Below are positions 31,028-40,087 of a stretch of 64,000 nt of DNA, piece after piece (positions within the stretch are counted from its first letter, which is position 1; every line of letters begins with the position of its first letter). The position numbers were made by a program, and so were the translations under genes. The stretch covers positions 1,554 through 65,553 of the forward strand of contig JBKPCO010000035.1 of assembly GCA_046727415.1 (NCBI GenBank). The letters are read 5' to 3'. The notes beneath the pieces are model-generated. The model worked only from the letters and a program-made list of their open reading frames with translations. It was not told the DNA's origin and did no database searches. The DNA is from Candidatus Methylomirabilota bacterium. GTDB lineage: Bacteria; Methylomirabilota; Methylomirabilia; Rokubacteriales; CSP1-6.

Positions 31028-31990
31028 ATGCGAACACGAGCTTTCCCGCTCATACTTGGATGTGCACTCGCTTCGATTCTGGTCCTCGACACCGCGGCCG
31101 TCTGGGCGCGAGCCGGCAGTGGCGGGAGCAGCGGCGGGAGCCGCGGCTCACGGTCCTACTCGACGCCGACGCCACCCTCCTCGCCGTCGAGCCCCTCGCG
31201 GGTGGCGCCGCCGCCGGCCTCTAACCCAGCGCCGATGGCTCAGCCTCAGCGCCCCGGCATGTTCGGCGGCCTCATGGGCGGCATCGCCGGTTTCGCCCTC
31301 GGCGGGTTGCTCGGCTCGATGCTGTTCGGTAGCGGCATGGGGGGCGGCTTCGGCGGCGGCTTCGGGCTCCTCGAGCTCTTGCTCGTCGGCGGCGCCGCGT
31401 TCTTCCTGTTCCGCATGCTCCGCGGCCGCAGCCAGGCCCAGCCCGCGTACGCCGGCGCCGACGGTCGGAGCGCCTCGAGCGCGGAAGCGCAGGGATGGTC
31501 GTCGGGAGGCGGCGCGGCAACCATGGAGGTGCCGGCGGGCGTGTCGGACCTCGATCGGGGGATCGAGCACATTCGCGGCATGGACGCGAGCTTCGATCCC
31601 GACGGCCTCGTCGAGTTCGCCAAGGCGGCTTTCGTCGATACCCAGGAAGGGATCGCCCGGCAGGACCTGACCGCCGTGCAGGATCGCCTCACGCCGCAGG
31701 AGTACGCGCGGCTGCAGGCGCAGTGTGATCAGCTCCGCAGCTCCCGTCGCACAAACCGCATCGAGCGGGTTCGAATCGGGCGGGCCCAGGTGAGCGAAGC
31801 CTGGCAGGAGAGCGGCCAGGACTGGGTCACGGTGTACTTCGCCGTCTCGCTCGTCGATTACACCGTGGACGACTCGACCGGCTCCGTGGTCGAGGGATCG
31901 CCCACGCCGGTCGACATCGAGGAGTACTGGACCTTCACGCGCCCGGTCGGCCCGAAGCCCTGGCGGCTCTCGGCGATCCAGACCGCGTAG
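31028..31990 (+). CDS. Tim44-like domain protein (membrane-anchored)
   Basis: Signal/TM segment, Ser/Pro-rich and Gly-rich segments, and a C-terminal Tim44-like domain ('...EEYWTFTRPVGPKPWRLSAIQ'). Confidence 0.75.
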   Translation: MRTRAFPLILGCALASILVLDTAAVWARAGSGGSSGGSRGSRSYSTPTPPSSPSSPSRVAPPPASNPAPMAQPQRPGMFGGLMGGIAGFALGGLLGSMLFGSGMGGGFGGGFGLLELLLVGGAAFFLFRMLRGRSQAQPAYAGADGRSASSAEAQGWSSGGGAATMEVPAGVSDLDRGIEHIRGMDASFDPDGLVEFAKAAFVDTQEGIARQDLTAVQDRLTPQEYARLQAQCDQLRSSRRTNRIERVRIGRAQVSEAWQESGQDWVTVYFAVSLVDYTVDDSTGSVVEGSPTPVDIEEYWTFTRPVGPKPWRLSAIQTA

Positions 31991-32009
31991 TCGCTTCGGA
32001 GGTGGCGCG

Positions 32010-33638
32010 TTGAGGCGCGCCCTGAAGTGGCTCATCGGGATCGGCGCGGTCGTCGCCGTGCTGCTGATCGTGGCGGCGATCGCGCTTCCCAGGCTCATCG
32101 ATACTCCGCGAGTCCAGGCGATGATCGCCGGCAGCGCGACGCAGGCGATCGGACGGCCGGTGAAGTTCGAATCGTTGTCCGTCAAGCTCTTCCCGCTGCC
32201 GGCCGTCGAGCTTCACAAGCTCGAGGTGGCCGAGGATCCGCAGTTCGGCACCGCTCCGTTCTTGATCCTGGAGATCGGCCGGGTCTATCTCAAGCTCCGC
32301 CCCCTCCTCGGCGGTCGGGTCGAATTCGGCGACATCACGCTCGAGCGGCCGCGCATTGCGCTCATCCAGCACGCGGACGGTCACCTCAACGTGGCGAGTC
32401 TGGCGCCGGCGTCGGAGTCGCGCACCGCGCCGCGTCCTGGGCGGAGTGGCGGCGCCGCGGGCGGCGCGGCGGCGGTCGTGTCGCAGGTGAAGATCGTGGG
32501 AGGCACCGTCACCTACGTCACACTCGGAAAAGGGACCGCACCGACTCCTTACCGCGTCGAGAACCTCGATTTCACGCTGAGCAATCAGGCGTCGCAGCTC
32601 AACGTCAAGGGGACGCTCCGCGTGAATCCGGGTGATCTGCTCGTCAAGCTCACCGATGGCGTGGTCGCCCTCAACGGCGCTCGCCCGCCGCTCGAGGCAC
32701 CGCTGCGCGGCCGCATCGGCATCGAGGGCAAGGACGTGGAGCCGCTCGTGGCCGCCTCTGCCGGCCCGAGCCCGGCCATCGCCGGACCGATCAAGGGCGA
32801 CTTCACGCTGAGCGGGACGTTGGGCGCGCCCCGCGCCTCTGGCACCGTGGAGCTGGCGAGCCTGCGCGTGACCCGGACGAGCGCGGCGTGCCCGGAGCCC
32901 AAGCGGCGCACGCTCTCACTCGGCGCCCTGAAGCTCGCCGCCGTGTCGTGGGACGGCGCTCGGCTGCAGAGCCGCCCGACCACGACGTCGCTCGCGGGCG
33001 GCACGATCAGCACCAACCTGACCGTGACGCTCGAGCGCGGCGTGCATGTGCAGCTCGGCGACCTGAAGATCACGGGGCTTCCTGCCGAGAAGGTCCTGGT
33101 CGATTTCCTGTGCGAGGGCTACGCGGTGGCGGGGCCACTCGACCTCGCCGGTGCGCTCAAGGCGAACGCGGGCGATCTCTGGAATACCCTCGATGGCTCG
33201 GGCCGGCTGAGGATCGGTCCCGGGCGGGTGGTCGGGCCCCAGGCGCTCGCGCTCATCGAGAGCCTCACGCGCATCGCCGGCGTGGTGTCCTCGGTGCTCG
33301 CCGCCGACGTGCCACGCTCTCTGACGTCGTCACCGACCGACTTCGAATCGATCACGGGGACCTACCAGATCGCGGGCGGGGTCGTCACGACGCGCGATCT
33401 CCTCTACACGAGCCGCGCGATCAAGGTGGGCGTCGTGGGCGACTTCGGCCTCGGCAGCGGGCGCATGAACCTGGATCTGCGCGTCCAGCACGCGCGCGGC
33501 GAGCTGCGCGCACATCTGGGAGGGAACGCGGCGGCGCCGACGATCAAGGTCGATCCTGCCTCGGTCTCGACCAATGTCACTCGCGAAGAGCTCGAGACCG
33601 GCATTCAGGATCTCCTCAATCGATTCCGGCGCCGCTAG
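32010..33638 (+). CDS. AsmA-family protein
   Basis: N-terminal anchor 'LKWLIGIGAVVAVLLIVAAIALP', then an AsmA-like N-domain ('FESLSVKLFPLPAVELHKLEV') and a C-terminal AsmA_2-like region. TTG start after GGAGG. Confidence 0.8.
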   Translation: MRRALKWLIGIGAVVAVLLIVAAIALPRLIDTPRVQAMIAGSATQAIGRPVKFESLSVKLFPLPAVELHKLEVAEDPQFGTAPFLILEIGRVYLKLRPLLGGRVEFGDITLERPRIALIQHADGHLNVASLAPASESRTAPRPGRSGGAAGGAAAVVSQVKIVGGTVTYVTLGKGTAPTPYRVENLDFTLSNQASQLNVKGTLRVNPGDLLVKLTDGVVALNGARPPLEAPLRGRIGIEGKDVEPLVAASAGPSPAIAGPIKGDFTLSGTLGAPRASGTVELASLRVTRTSAACPEPKRRTLSLGALKLAAVSWDGARLQSRPTTTSLAGGTISTNLTVTLERGVHVQLGDLKITGLPAEKVLVDFLCEGYAVAGPLDLAGALKANAGDLWNTLDGSGRLRIGPGRVVGPQALALIESLTRIAGVVSSVLAADVPRSLTSSPTDFESITGTYQIAGGVVTTRDLLYTSRAIKVGVVGDFGLGSGRMNLDLRVQHARGELRAHLGGNAAAPTIKVDPASVSTNVTREELETGIQDLLNRFRRR

Positions 33639-33648
33639 CGCCGGGCGA

Positions 33649-34476
33649 TCAGCGTGTGGCGGTGAAGCGGCCGCCGCCGAGCTTTCCCTCCTCGATCAAC
33701 CGCACGAAGAAGGCGTGAAGCTGGTCGTATTCCTGATAGGTCTCCTTGCCCAGCCGAGCGACGCCGTCCGCGCGGAGCGCCCGGTGTAGCTCGAGCCGTT
33801 TTCTCACGATCGGCCGCCACTCTGCGGAGAGGTCCTCCGCTTCGACCGAGCTGAAGCCGGCCCGGCCGAGGAGAGCGCTGTAGCGCTCGAGCGTCTGAAG
33901 CGTCGTCGCGGCCATCCATTCCCAGAGCTGCTCACGCTCCCGGTCGCCGAGCCGGGGGAAGGCGATCCAGTCGCTGAAGGCGATGCGTCCGCCCGGTGCC
34001 AGCACGCGGTGGCATTCGGCCAGTACCGTCGCCTTGTCGGAAATGTGCAGGAGCGCCTCCTGGCTCAGGCACGCGTCGAAGGCGCCGCGGGCGAACGGGA
34101 GCGCGGTCGCGTCGCCGCGCACGACTGTCACGCCCCTGGCCCCCACGAGACGGTTGAGGCGGGCCGCACCGGCCGCCCGACCGCGGTGCAGCTCGAGCGC
34201 GAGTACTCTCGCGCCGCGGCGGCCGGCGACGAACCGCGCCGGCCCACCCAGCCCGGCGCACACGTCCAGGACCCGGCTGGTGGCGCCAATGCCGGCCCGG
34301 CGCGCCAGCGCATCCACCGCGGCCAGACCGCCGTAGTGATCCTGGTCGAAGTCGAAGAGATCGTCGGCGGTGGGCCGTTCAAAGCCCGGTCGAGACAGGG
34401 CTTCCAGCACCCGAGCCTCGTTGATCGGATGATGATCGTAGTAGTCGCTCACGCGCCCGGGGGTCCCTTGAAGCAT
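33649..34476 (-). CDS. Class I SAM-dependent methyltransferase
   Basis: Motif I 'VLDVCAGLGGPA' and 'LAPGGRIAFSD'. Confidence 0.85.
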   Translation of the reverse strand: MLQGTPGRVSDYYDHHPINEARVLEALSRPGFERPTADDLFDFDQDHYGGLAAVDALARRAGIGATSRVLDVCAGLGGPARFVAGRRGARVLALELHRGRAAGAARLNRLVGARGVTVVRGDATALPFARGAFDACLSQEALLHISDKATVLAECHRVLAPGGRIAFSDWIAFPRLGDREREQLWEWMAATTLQTLERYSALLGRAGFSSVEAEDLSAEWRPIVRKRLELHRALRADGVARLGKETYQEYDQLHAFFVRLIEEGKLGGGRFTATR

Positions 34477-34533
34477 GGGCCCACGTATGGTAAAAGCAAA
34501 CCGGTTTCATCACACCTTCGACCGAGGGAAGCC

Positions 34534-35664
34534 ATGGGAAGCGGAAGCCGAGGCGGTCTCGAGGACATCGTCGTTTCGACGTCGGACATCTGTTTCATCG
34601 ACGGGAAGGAAGGACGGCTCGTCTACCGCGGCTATGACGTCAACGACCTCGTCGAGTATTCCTCGTTCGAGGAAGTCATCTTTCTCCTCTGGCACGGCGG
34701 CCTGCCGAGCAAGAAGGAGCTCGTGGCGCACACGAAGGCGATCAGCTCCACCGCGAATCGCAAGCTGCCGCCCGGGCTTGTGACGCTCCTCCGGTCGCTT
34801 CCGAAAAAGACGACGCCGATGGAGGTGCTGCGCACCGGCGTGTCGGCTCTCTCATCGTGGGATCCAGACGCCGCCGACAACTCCAAGGACGCGACCGCCC
34901 GCAAGGCGCTCCGGCTGACTGCCCAGATGCCCACCCTGGTGGCCGCCTGGGAGCGGATCCGGCGCGGCAAGGCGCTGATCGCGCCCAATCCAAGAATGAA
35001 CCTGGCGGCGAACTTCCTGTACATGCTGACGGGCGCCAAGCCGAGCCCGCTCGCCGCGAAGACGTTCGACGTCGCGCTCATCTTGCACGCCGACCACGAG
35101 TTCAACGCGTCGACCTTCGCCGCCCGCGTCACCGCGGCGACCATGTCCGACCTGCACTCGTCGATCGTCTCGGCGATCGGCGCCCTCAAGGGCCCGCTGC
35201 ACGGCGGCGCCAACGAGCAGGTCATGCTGATGGTGGAGAAGATCAAGACGCCGGCGAACGCCGATAGCTTCATCCGCAAGCTCCTCGCCGACCACGGGCG
35301 CGTGATGGGCTTCGGCCACCGCGTCTATCGCGTCGAGGATCCGCGCGCCAAGCATCTCAAGCGGCTGGCGACGGAGCTGGGCCGCCAGGCCGGTGACACG
35401 AGCGCCGTCGAGATCCTGGACACGGTGGTCCGGGTCATCGGCGAGCAGAAAAAGATCTTCCCGAACGTCGACCTCTACTCCGGTGCCGCCTACCAGGCGA
35501 TGAACATTCCGACCGATCAGTTCACGCCGATCTTCGCGATGAGCCGGGTCGTGGGCTGGGCAGCCCACGTCATGGAGCAGCACGCGAACAACCGGCTGAT
35601 CCGGCCGCGGGCAGAGTACACCGGCCCGACGCACGCGACGTACATCCCGATCGACAAGCGATAG
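34534..35664 (+). CDS. Citrate synthase (short, ~376-aa type)
   Basis: 'LVYRGYDVNDL', 'HADHEFNASTF' and 'GFGHRVY' catalytic motifs. ATG 34534 follows GAGGGA. Confidence 0.9.
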   Translation: MGSGSRGGLEDIVVSTSDICFIDGKEGRLVYRGYDVNDLVEYSSFEEVIFLLWHGGLPSKKELVAHTKAISSTANRKLPPGLVTLLRSLPKKTTPMEVLRTGVSALSSWDPDAADNSKDATARKALRLTAQMPTLVAAWERIRRGKALIAPNPRMNLAANFLYMLTGAKPSPLAAKTFDVALILHADHEFNASTFAARVTAATMSDLHSSIVSAIGALKGPLHGGANEQVMLMVEKIKTPANADSFIRKLLADHGRVMGFGHRVYRVEDPRAKHLKRLATELGRQAGDTSAVEILDTVVRVIGEQKKIFPNVDLYSGAAYQAMNIPTDQFTPIFAMSRVVGWAAHVMEQHANNRLIRPRAEYTGPTHATYIPIDKR

Positions 35665-35671
35665 GGAGGCG

Positions 35672-36475
35672 GTGCGCGCCTCGTCGCGCGTGAGCCTCGT
35701 GATGTGCGTGTTCAACGGCCTCGAGGACACTCGAGCCTGTCTCGAGAGCCTCGCCGGCACGACGGAATCGTTCCGGCTGGTCGTGATGGACAACGGCTCG
35801 ACCGACGGGACCCCTGGGTTCTTCGAGCGCTTTCCGTACAAGTACCCGCTGACCTTCGCGCGAAGCCCCGCCAACGACGGCGTGATCGCGTCGCTGAACC
35901 GAGCCTGGCGCCTCGCCGACACCGAGTTCCTCTGCTTCCTGCACAACGACACCGAGATGCTGGAGCCGGCGTGGCTCGCGCGGCTGCTCGCGGCGCTGGC
36001 CGAGCCCGGCGCCGGGCTGGCCGGCCTCTACGGCGCCAAGCGGCTGCGCGCCGACGGGCGGATGGTGGGGCGGACGATCGTGCACAGCCTCTCGCCGCGG
36101 CCGACTGTCAGGTCGCCGTGGGAAGACGTGGCCTTCGTCGACTCGGTGTGCATGTGTCTGTCGCGCGAGCTCCTGGACGCTATCGGCGGCTTCGACGAGG
36201 GCTACGGCTTCTACCATGGCCACGACCGCGACCTCTCGCTCGCTGTCCTCGAGCGCCGGCGGCGCTGCCTTGTCGTGCACGCGCCGTTTCGCCATCACGG
36301 CGGCCGGACGCGCACGCGCGACTTCGTGCGCGACCCCGAAGGGGAGCGGCGGGATCTTGCGCTCCGCAATTCCGCACTGGCGCGCTTCGCCCGGAAGTAC
36401 CGCCGGCGTCTTCCGTGCGACGTGCGCAGCCGGCGCGAGCGGGTGCGCGACTGGCTCGGCATAGGCCTGGCATGA
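35672..36475 (+). CDS. Glycosyltransferase family 2
   Basis: 'VSLVMCVFNG...', 'VVMDNGSTDGT' and a DxD-like 'HNDTEM'. Confidence 0.8.
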   Translation: MRASSRVSLVMCVFNGLEDTRACLESLAGTTESFRLVVMDNGSTDGTPGFFERFPYKYPLTFARSPANDGVIASLNRAWRLADTEFLCFLHNDTEMLEPAWLARLLAALAEPGAGLAGLYGAKRLRADGRMVGRTIVHSLSPRPTVRSPWEDVAFVDSVCMCLSRELLDAIGGFDEGYGFYHGHDRDLSLAVLERRRRCLVVHAPFRHHGGRTRTRDFVRDPEGERRDLALRNSALARFARKYRRRLPCDVRSRRERVRDWLGIGLA

Positions 36476-36482
36476 GGCGGCC

Positions 36483-37340
36483 ATGATTCCGTTCGTGAAG
36501 GGGCACGGGCTCGGCAACGACTACATCGTCATGGACGAGAGCGACCTTCCGCGGGCGCTCTCGACGGCGGCCATCCGCCGCATCTGCGACCGGAACTGGG
36601 GCGTGGGCTCGGATGGAATCTTGCTCCTGGTGCCAAGCCCCCGCGCCGATTTCGGCCTGCGCATCTTCAATCCGGACGGGAGCGAGGCCGAGAAGTCGGG
36701 TAACGGTCTGCGCATCTTCGCCAAGTACCTCTGGGACCACGGCCGGGCGAAGAAGACCAACTTCACGGTCGACACCAAGGGCGGCGTCGTCGAATGCCAG
36801 TGCCGCGTCGAGGGCGGCCGCATGGGCTTCGTCACCGTCGAGATGGGGCACGCGACGTTCCGGGCGCCCGAGATCCCGATGAACGGCCCGGATCGTGACG
36901 TGGTCGGCGTGCCGCTCCAGCTCGGCGACGGCACGACGCTCGCGGTCACTGCGGTCTCCGTCGGCAACCCGCACTGCGTGACCTTCGTCGAGCGCCTGGA
37001 CGACGGCGAGTGCCGGCGCCTGGGCCCGCTCATCGAGCGCCATCCCGCGTTCCCCAACCGCGTCAACGTCCAGTTCGCGCGGGTCGGGGCGCGCGATGCG
37101 ATCGACATCCTCATCTGGGAGCGCGGCGCCGGCTACACGCTCGCGTCCGGATCGTCCTCATGTGGCGCGGCCTCGGCGGCGGTGCGGAACGGCCTCTGCG
37201 ACCACGGGCGCGTCAAGGTCCGGATGCCGGGCGGCGAGCTCACGATCGAGGTGCGTCCGGACTGGTCGCTTCGGCTCGACGGGCCCGTCGAGGAGGTGTA
37301 CCAGGGCACGCTGTCGGCCGAGTTCGCCGCCTCGCTGTGA
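36483..37340 (+). CDS. dapF: Diaminopimelate epimerase
   Basis: 'GLGNDY', 'NPDGSEAEKSGNG' and 'GNPHCV' with both catalytic Cys contexts. Confidence 0.9.
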   Translation: MIPFVKGHGLGNDYIVMDESDLPRALSTAAIRRICDRNWGVGSDGILLLVPSPRADFGLRIFNPDGSEAEKSGNGLRIFAKYLWDHGRAKKTNFTVDTKGGVVECQCRVEGGRMGFVTVEMGHATFRAPEIPMNGPDRDVVGVPLQLGDGTTLAVTAVSVGNPHCVTFVERLDDGECRRLGPLIERHPAFPNRVNVQFARVGARDAIDILIWERGAGYTLASGSSSCGAASAAVRNGLCDHGRVKVRMPGGELTIEVRPDWSLRLDGPVEEVYQGTLSAEFAASL

Positions 37341-37921
37341 AGCGCGTCTGCGTCTTCTGCGGCTCGTCCGAGGGGGCGCGCCCGGCCTACGCCGACGCGG
37401 CCCGGCGCCTGGGCGCCGAGCTGGTCGCGCGCAAGCTCGGGCTGGTTTACGGCGGCTGCGCAGTCGGGCTCATGGGCGTCGTCGCCGACGCGGTGCTCGA
37501 GGCAGGCGGCGAGGCGATCGGCGTCATCCCGGAGCCGCTCGTCGCGCGCGAGCTGGCCCATACCGGGCTCACGGAGCTGCGCATCGTCGGCTCGATGCAC
37601 GAGCGCAAGGCCACCATGGCCTCGCTCGTCGACGGCTTCATCGCGCTCCCCGGAGGCCTCGGCACGCTCGAGGAAACCTTCGAGATCCTCACGTGGGCGC
37701 AGCTCGGCATTCACGCCAAGCCGGTCGGCGTGCTCGACGTGGAAGGCTACTGGGACGGGCTCCGGCGGCTCCTCGCACACGCGGTCGCCGAGCGCTTCGT
37801 GCGACCAGAGTACGCCGCGCTGCTACTCTTCGCCGACGAGCCCGCGGACCTGCTCGATCGTTTCGCGGCCTGGCCCGCGCCGGACGTCGGGCGGGCCTGG
37901 CTCGATCCGAGCCGGACCTGA
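37337..37921 (+). CDS. LOG-family protein (cytokinin riboside 5'-monophosphate phosphoribohydrolase-like)
   Basis: 'VFCGSS' and 'PGGLGTLEE' (PGGxGTxxE). GTG 37337 overlaps the dapF TGA. Confidence 0.9.
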   Translation: MKRVCVFCGSSEGARPAYADAARRLGAELVARKLGLVYGGCAVGLMGVVADAVLEAGGEAIGVIPEPLVARELAHTGLTELRIVGSMHERKATMASLVDGFIALPGGLGTLEETFEILTWAQLGIHAKPVGVLDVEGYWDGLRRLLAHAVAERFVRPEYAALLLFADEPADLLDRFAAWPAPDVGRAWLDPSRT

Positions 37922-37961
37922 CCGGGCCGCGCACCGACGGCGTGGTACACTGCGCCTCGCA

Positions 37962-38327
37962 GTGATTGCCGCGTGGTGCTGGGATCTCATCGAGCCGTAC
38001 CTCAAGCGCAATCTGGTCAACCGCGGCGTCGCGCATCCCACACGCCGCCAGGTGCTCGAGGAGTTCGTGAGCGTGTGGCCGGAGTTCACCGCGACCATCG
38101 GCGTCCAGGAGCCGTGGGCCGGCACGATTCGCTTCAAGTGGCTCGTGCGGCTCTCGTCGAGCGAGATGGCGCCGCTGCTCGACGATCCCACCGGATGGCT
38201 CGCCGCCCGATACGGCGGCGGCAAGTTCAAGCTGAATCTGCATCACGGCCTGCACTTCGTGAGCACGCGCAACTTCAAGCCCGAGGGTGACCCGCGCTGG
38301 AGCGAGACGCCCGCGCTCGACCTGTAG
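37962..38327 (+). CDS. Hypothetical protein
   Basis: 121 aa with very high GC3 in frame. No family recognised. GTG 37962 lies 10 nt after a TGgTACACT extended -10-like element. Confidence 0.55.
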   Translation: MIAAWCWDLIEPYLKRNLVNRGVAHPTRRQVLEEFVSVWPEFTATIGVQEPWAGTIRFKWLVRLSSSEMAPLLDDPTGWLAARYGGGKFKLNLHHGLHFVSTRNFKPEGDPRWSETPALDL

Positions 38328-38426
38328 TCCGAGCCCGGGCCAACGGATGTGCGCGCCGCAGGCCGTCGCGGGGCTGGGGCTCCGCGGGCCGAGGCGCGCC
38401 GATGACTTAGAGTCAGGAGACGGAGA

Positions 38427-38609
38427 ATGCCGAGCGACGAGACCCGGCGACTGCTGAAGCTCTTCGGCGTCGCCGTGACCAGCCTCGAGGACGCCATCGA
38501 CCGCAAGGCCCCCCTGGACGAGATCGCGAAGTGGGATCAGGAGCTCGCGGAGCGTACGCGCGAGACGATCGCCTTCGTGGATCGGTTGCGGAGCCGGCGC
38601 GTCGCCTGA
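38427..38609 (+). CDS. Hypothetical small helical protein (60 aa)
   Basis: AGGAGA RBS, high GC3, and a stop that overlaps the next start (TGATG). Confidence 0.45.
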   Translation: MPSDETRRLLKLFGVAVTSLEDAIDRKAPLDEIAKWDQELAERTRETIAFVDRLRSRRVA

Positions 38610-39433
38610 TGACGGCGCGGGTCGACGCGTCGGGCGTCCTCGTGGAGCTGGCGCGCCCGCCGCGCCGGATCGTCTCGCTGGTCCCGAGCACCACCGAGCT
38701 CCTGTGCGCGCTGGGTCTCGCTGACGCGCTGGTGGGCGTGACCGTCTATTGCGTCGAGCCGCGCGACGTCGTGCGCGAGAAGACCCGGATCGGCGGCGAG
38801 AAGAACCCCAACCTCGAGACGATTCGCGCGCTCGATCCCGATCTGGTCGTCGGCAATGTCGAGGAGAACCGGCGCGAGGACGTCGATCGCCTCCGCGCGT
38901 GGTCGATTCCCGTCTGGGTAGCCTACCCGCGCACGGTCGCCGAGGGCATCGAGTTCATCGGCGAGCTCGGCGAGCTGACGGGCGCCGAGCCGCGCGCGCA
39001 GGCGCTCGTGCGGGATCTGAGGGCGCTCCACGAGCGCGTGCAGAGCGCGAGCGAGCGGCGGCCCTCGGTGGCGGTGTTTTACCCGATCTGGCGCGGACCC
39101 TACATGACGATCAACGCGAACACGTACATCCACGACATGCTGCGCGTGTGCGGCGGGCGAAACATTTTCGCCGACCGACCGGAGCGATATCCGACGGTGA
39201 CGCTGGACGAGGTGGCCGCGCTCCGACCGGAGGTGATCTTGCTCCCCGACGAGCCGTTCCGCTTTCGCCGGGCGCATGTTGCCGATTTCGACGCCTACCC
39301 GGACCTGCCGGCGGTGCGCGACGGACGAATTCACCTCGTGGACGGGAAGCCCTTCTCCTGGCACGGGCCCCGAATCGCGGAGGCCCTGCGCACGGTGCCC
39401 GGGCTGATCGTGGCGGGCGTTACTTCTTCCTGA
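38609..39433 (+). CDS. BtuF/TroA-like 'helical backbone' binding protein without signal peptide
   Basis: Periplasmic-binding-protein type 2 pattern ('RIVSLVPSTTELLCALGL...LVGV', 'LDPDLVV'). The N-terminus 'MTARVDASGVLVELAR' is not a signal peptide. Confidence 0.7.
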   Translation: MTARVDASGVLVELARPPRRIVSLVPSTTELLCALGLADALVGVTVYCVEPRDVVREKTRIGGEKNPNLETIRALDPDLVVGNVEENRREDVDRLRAWSIPVWVAYPRTVAEGIEFIGELGELTGAEPRAQALVRDLRALHERVQSASERRPSVAVFYPIWRGPYMTINANTYIHDMLRVCGGRNIFADRPERYPTVTLDEVAALRPEVILLPDEPFRFRRAHVADFDAYPDLPAVRDGRIHLVDGKPFSWHGPRIAEALRTVPGLIVAGVTSS

Positions 39434-39569
39434 AGGGCAGGATCCAGTCGAGCCAGGGCGCCGCGGCGACCATGAACAGGCCCGGGATCGCGACACCGGC
39501 GACCAGGCCGACGATTCCCAGGAAGATCAGCGAGATGAGCGTGCTACACCCGTCGAAGAGCAGCGCCAT
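39420..39569 (-). CDS. Small hydrophobic protein (49 aa), absent from ORF track
   Basis: Hand translation: MALLFDGCSTLISLIFLGIVGLVAGVAIPGLFMVAAAPWLDWILPFRKK. GGGAGA RBS, 12 nt downstream of the ridA stop, almost all third positions G/C. Confidence 0.45.
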   Translation of the reverse strand: MALLFDGCSTLISLIFLGIVGLVAGVAIPGLFMVAAAPWLDWILPFRKK

Positions 39570-39581
39570 GAATTCTCCCGT

Positions 39582-40043
39582 TCACTCGACCTCGAGGACC
39601 ATCTCGATCTCGACCGGAATGTTCACCGGGAGCCCGGCCATCCCAACCGCCGAGCGGGCGTGCTTGCCGATGGCTTCGCCGAACACCTCGACCATCAGGT
39701 CGGAGAAGCCGTTGATCACCTTCGGCTGGTCGCCGAACCCGTCGGCCGAGTTCACCATGCCGAGCACCTTGACCACGCGCCGAACCTTGTCGAGGCTGCC
39801 GAGATTCGCGCGCACCGTGGCGAGCAGCGAGAGCCCCACCTCACGCGCGACCTGGTAGCCCTGCTCGATCGACAGGTCCTTGCCGACCTTGCCCTGGCCA
39901 ATCGCCTTGCCGTCCCGCACGGGCCCATGGCCCGAGACGAAGAGCAGATTGCCGGTGCGCACGGCGCCGACGTAGTTCGCCATGGGTGTGGCCGGCTTGG
40001 GCAGCGTGATGTTCCGTTCCTTCAGTCGCGCTTCAGCGCTCAT
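39582..40043 (-). CDS. ridA: RidA/YjgF-family reactive-intermediate deaminase
   Basis: 153 aa from ATG 40043 (GGAGG RBS), with the typical 'LLFVSGHGP...' and C-terminal 'PVEIEMVLEV'. Confidence 0.9.
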   Translation of the reverse strand: MSAEARLKERNITLPKPATPMANYVGAVRTGNLLFVSGHGPVRDGKAIGQGKVGKDLSIEQGYQVAREVGLSLLATVRANLGSLDKVRRVVKVLGMVNSADGFGDQPKVINGFSDLMVEVFGEAIGKHARSAVGMAGLPVNIPVEIEMVLEVE

Positions 40044-40087
40044 CGACACCTGGCCTCCACGAAGCGAATGACAGCGGCGCGGCCATC

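Noticed and set aside
31767-31779. tRNA T-arm-like string GGGTTCGAATCGG
   Set aside because: It lies in frame inside the Tim44-like gene. No acceptor, D or anticodon stems can be drawn around it.
38411-38423. AGTCAGGAGACGG, reminiscent of a cobalamin-riboswitch B12 box, upstream of the BtuF-like operon
   Set aside because: The gap is only ~100 nt, too short for the riboswitch. The match stops after AGYCMGGAGAC. The string is more simply the Shine-Dalgarno (AGGAGA) of the 60-aa ORF.
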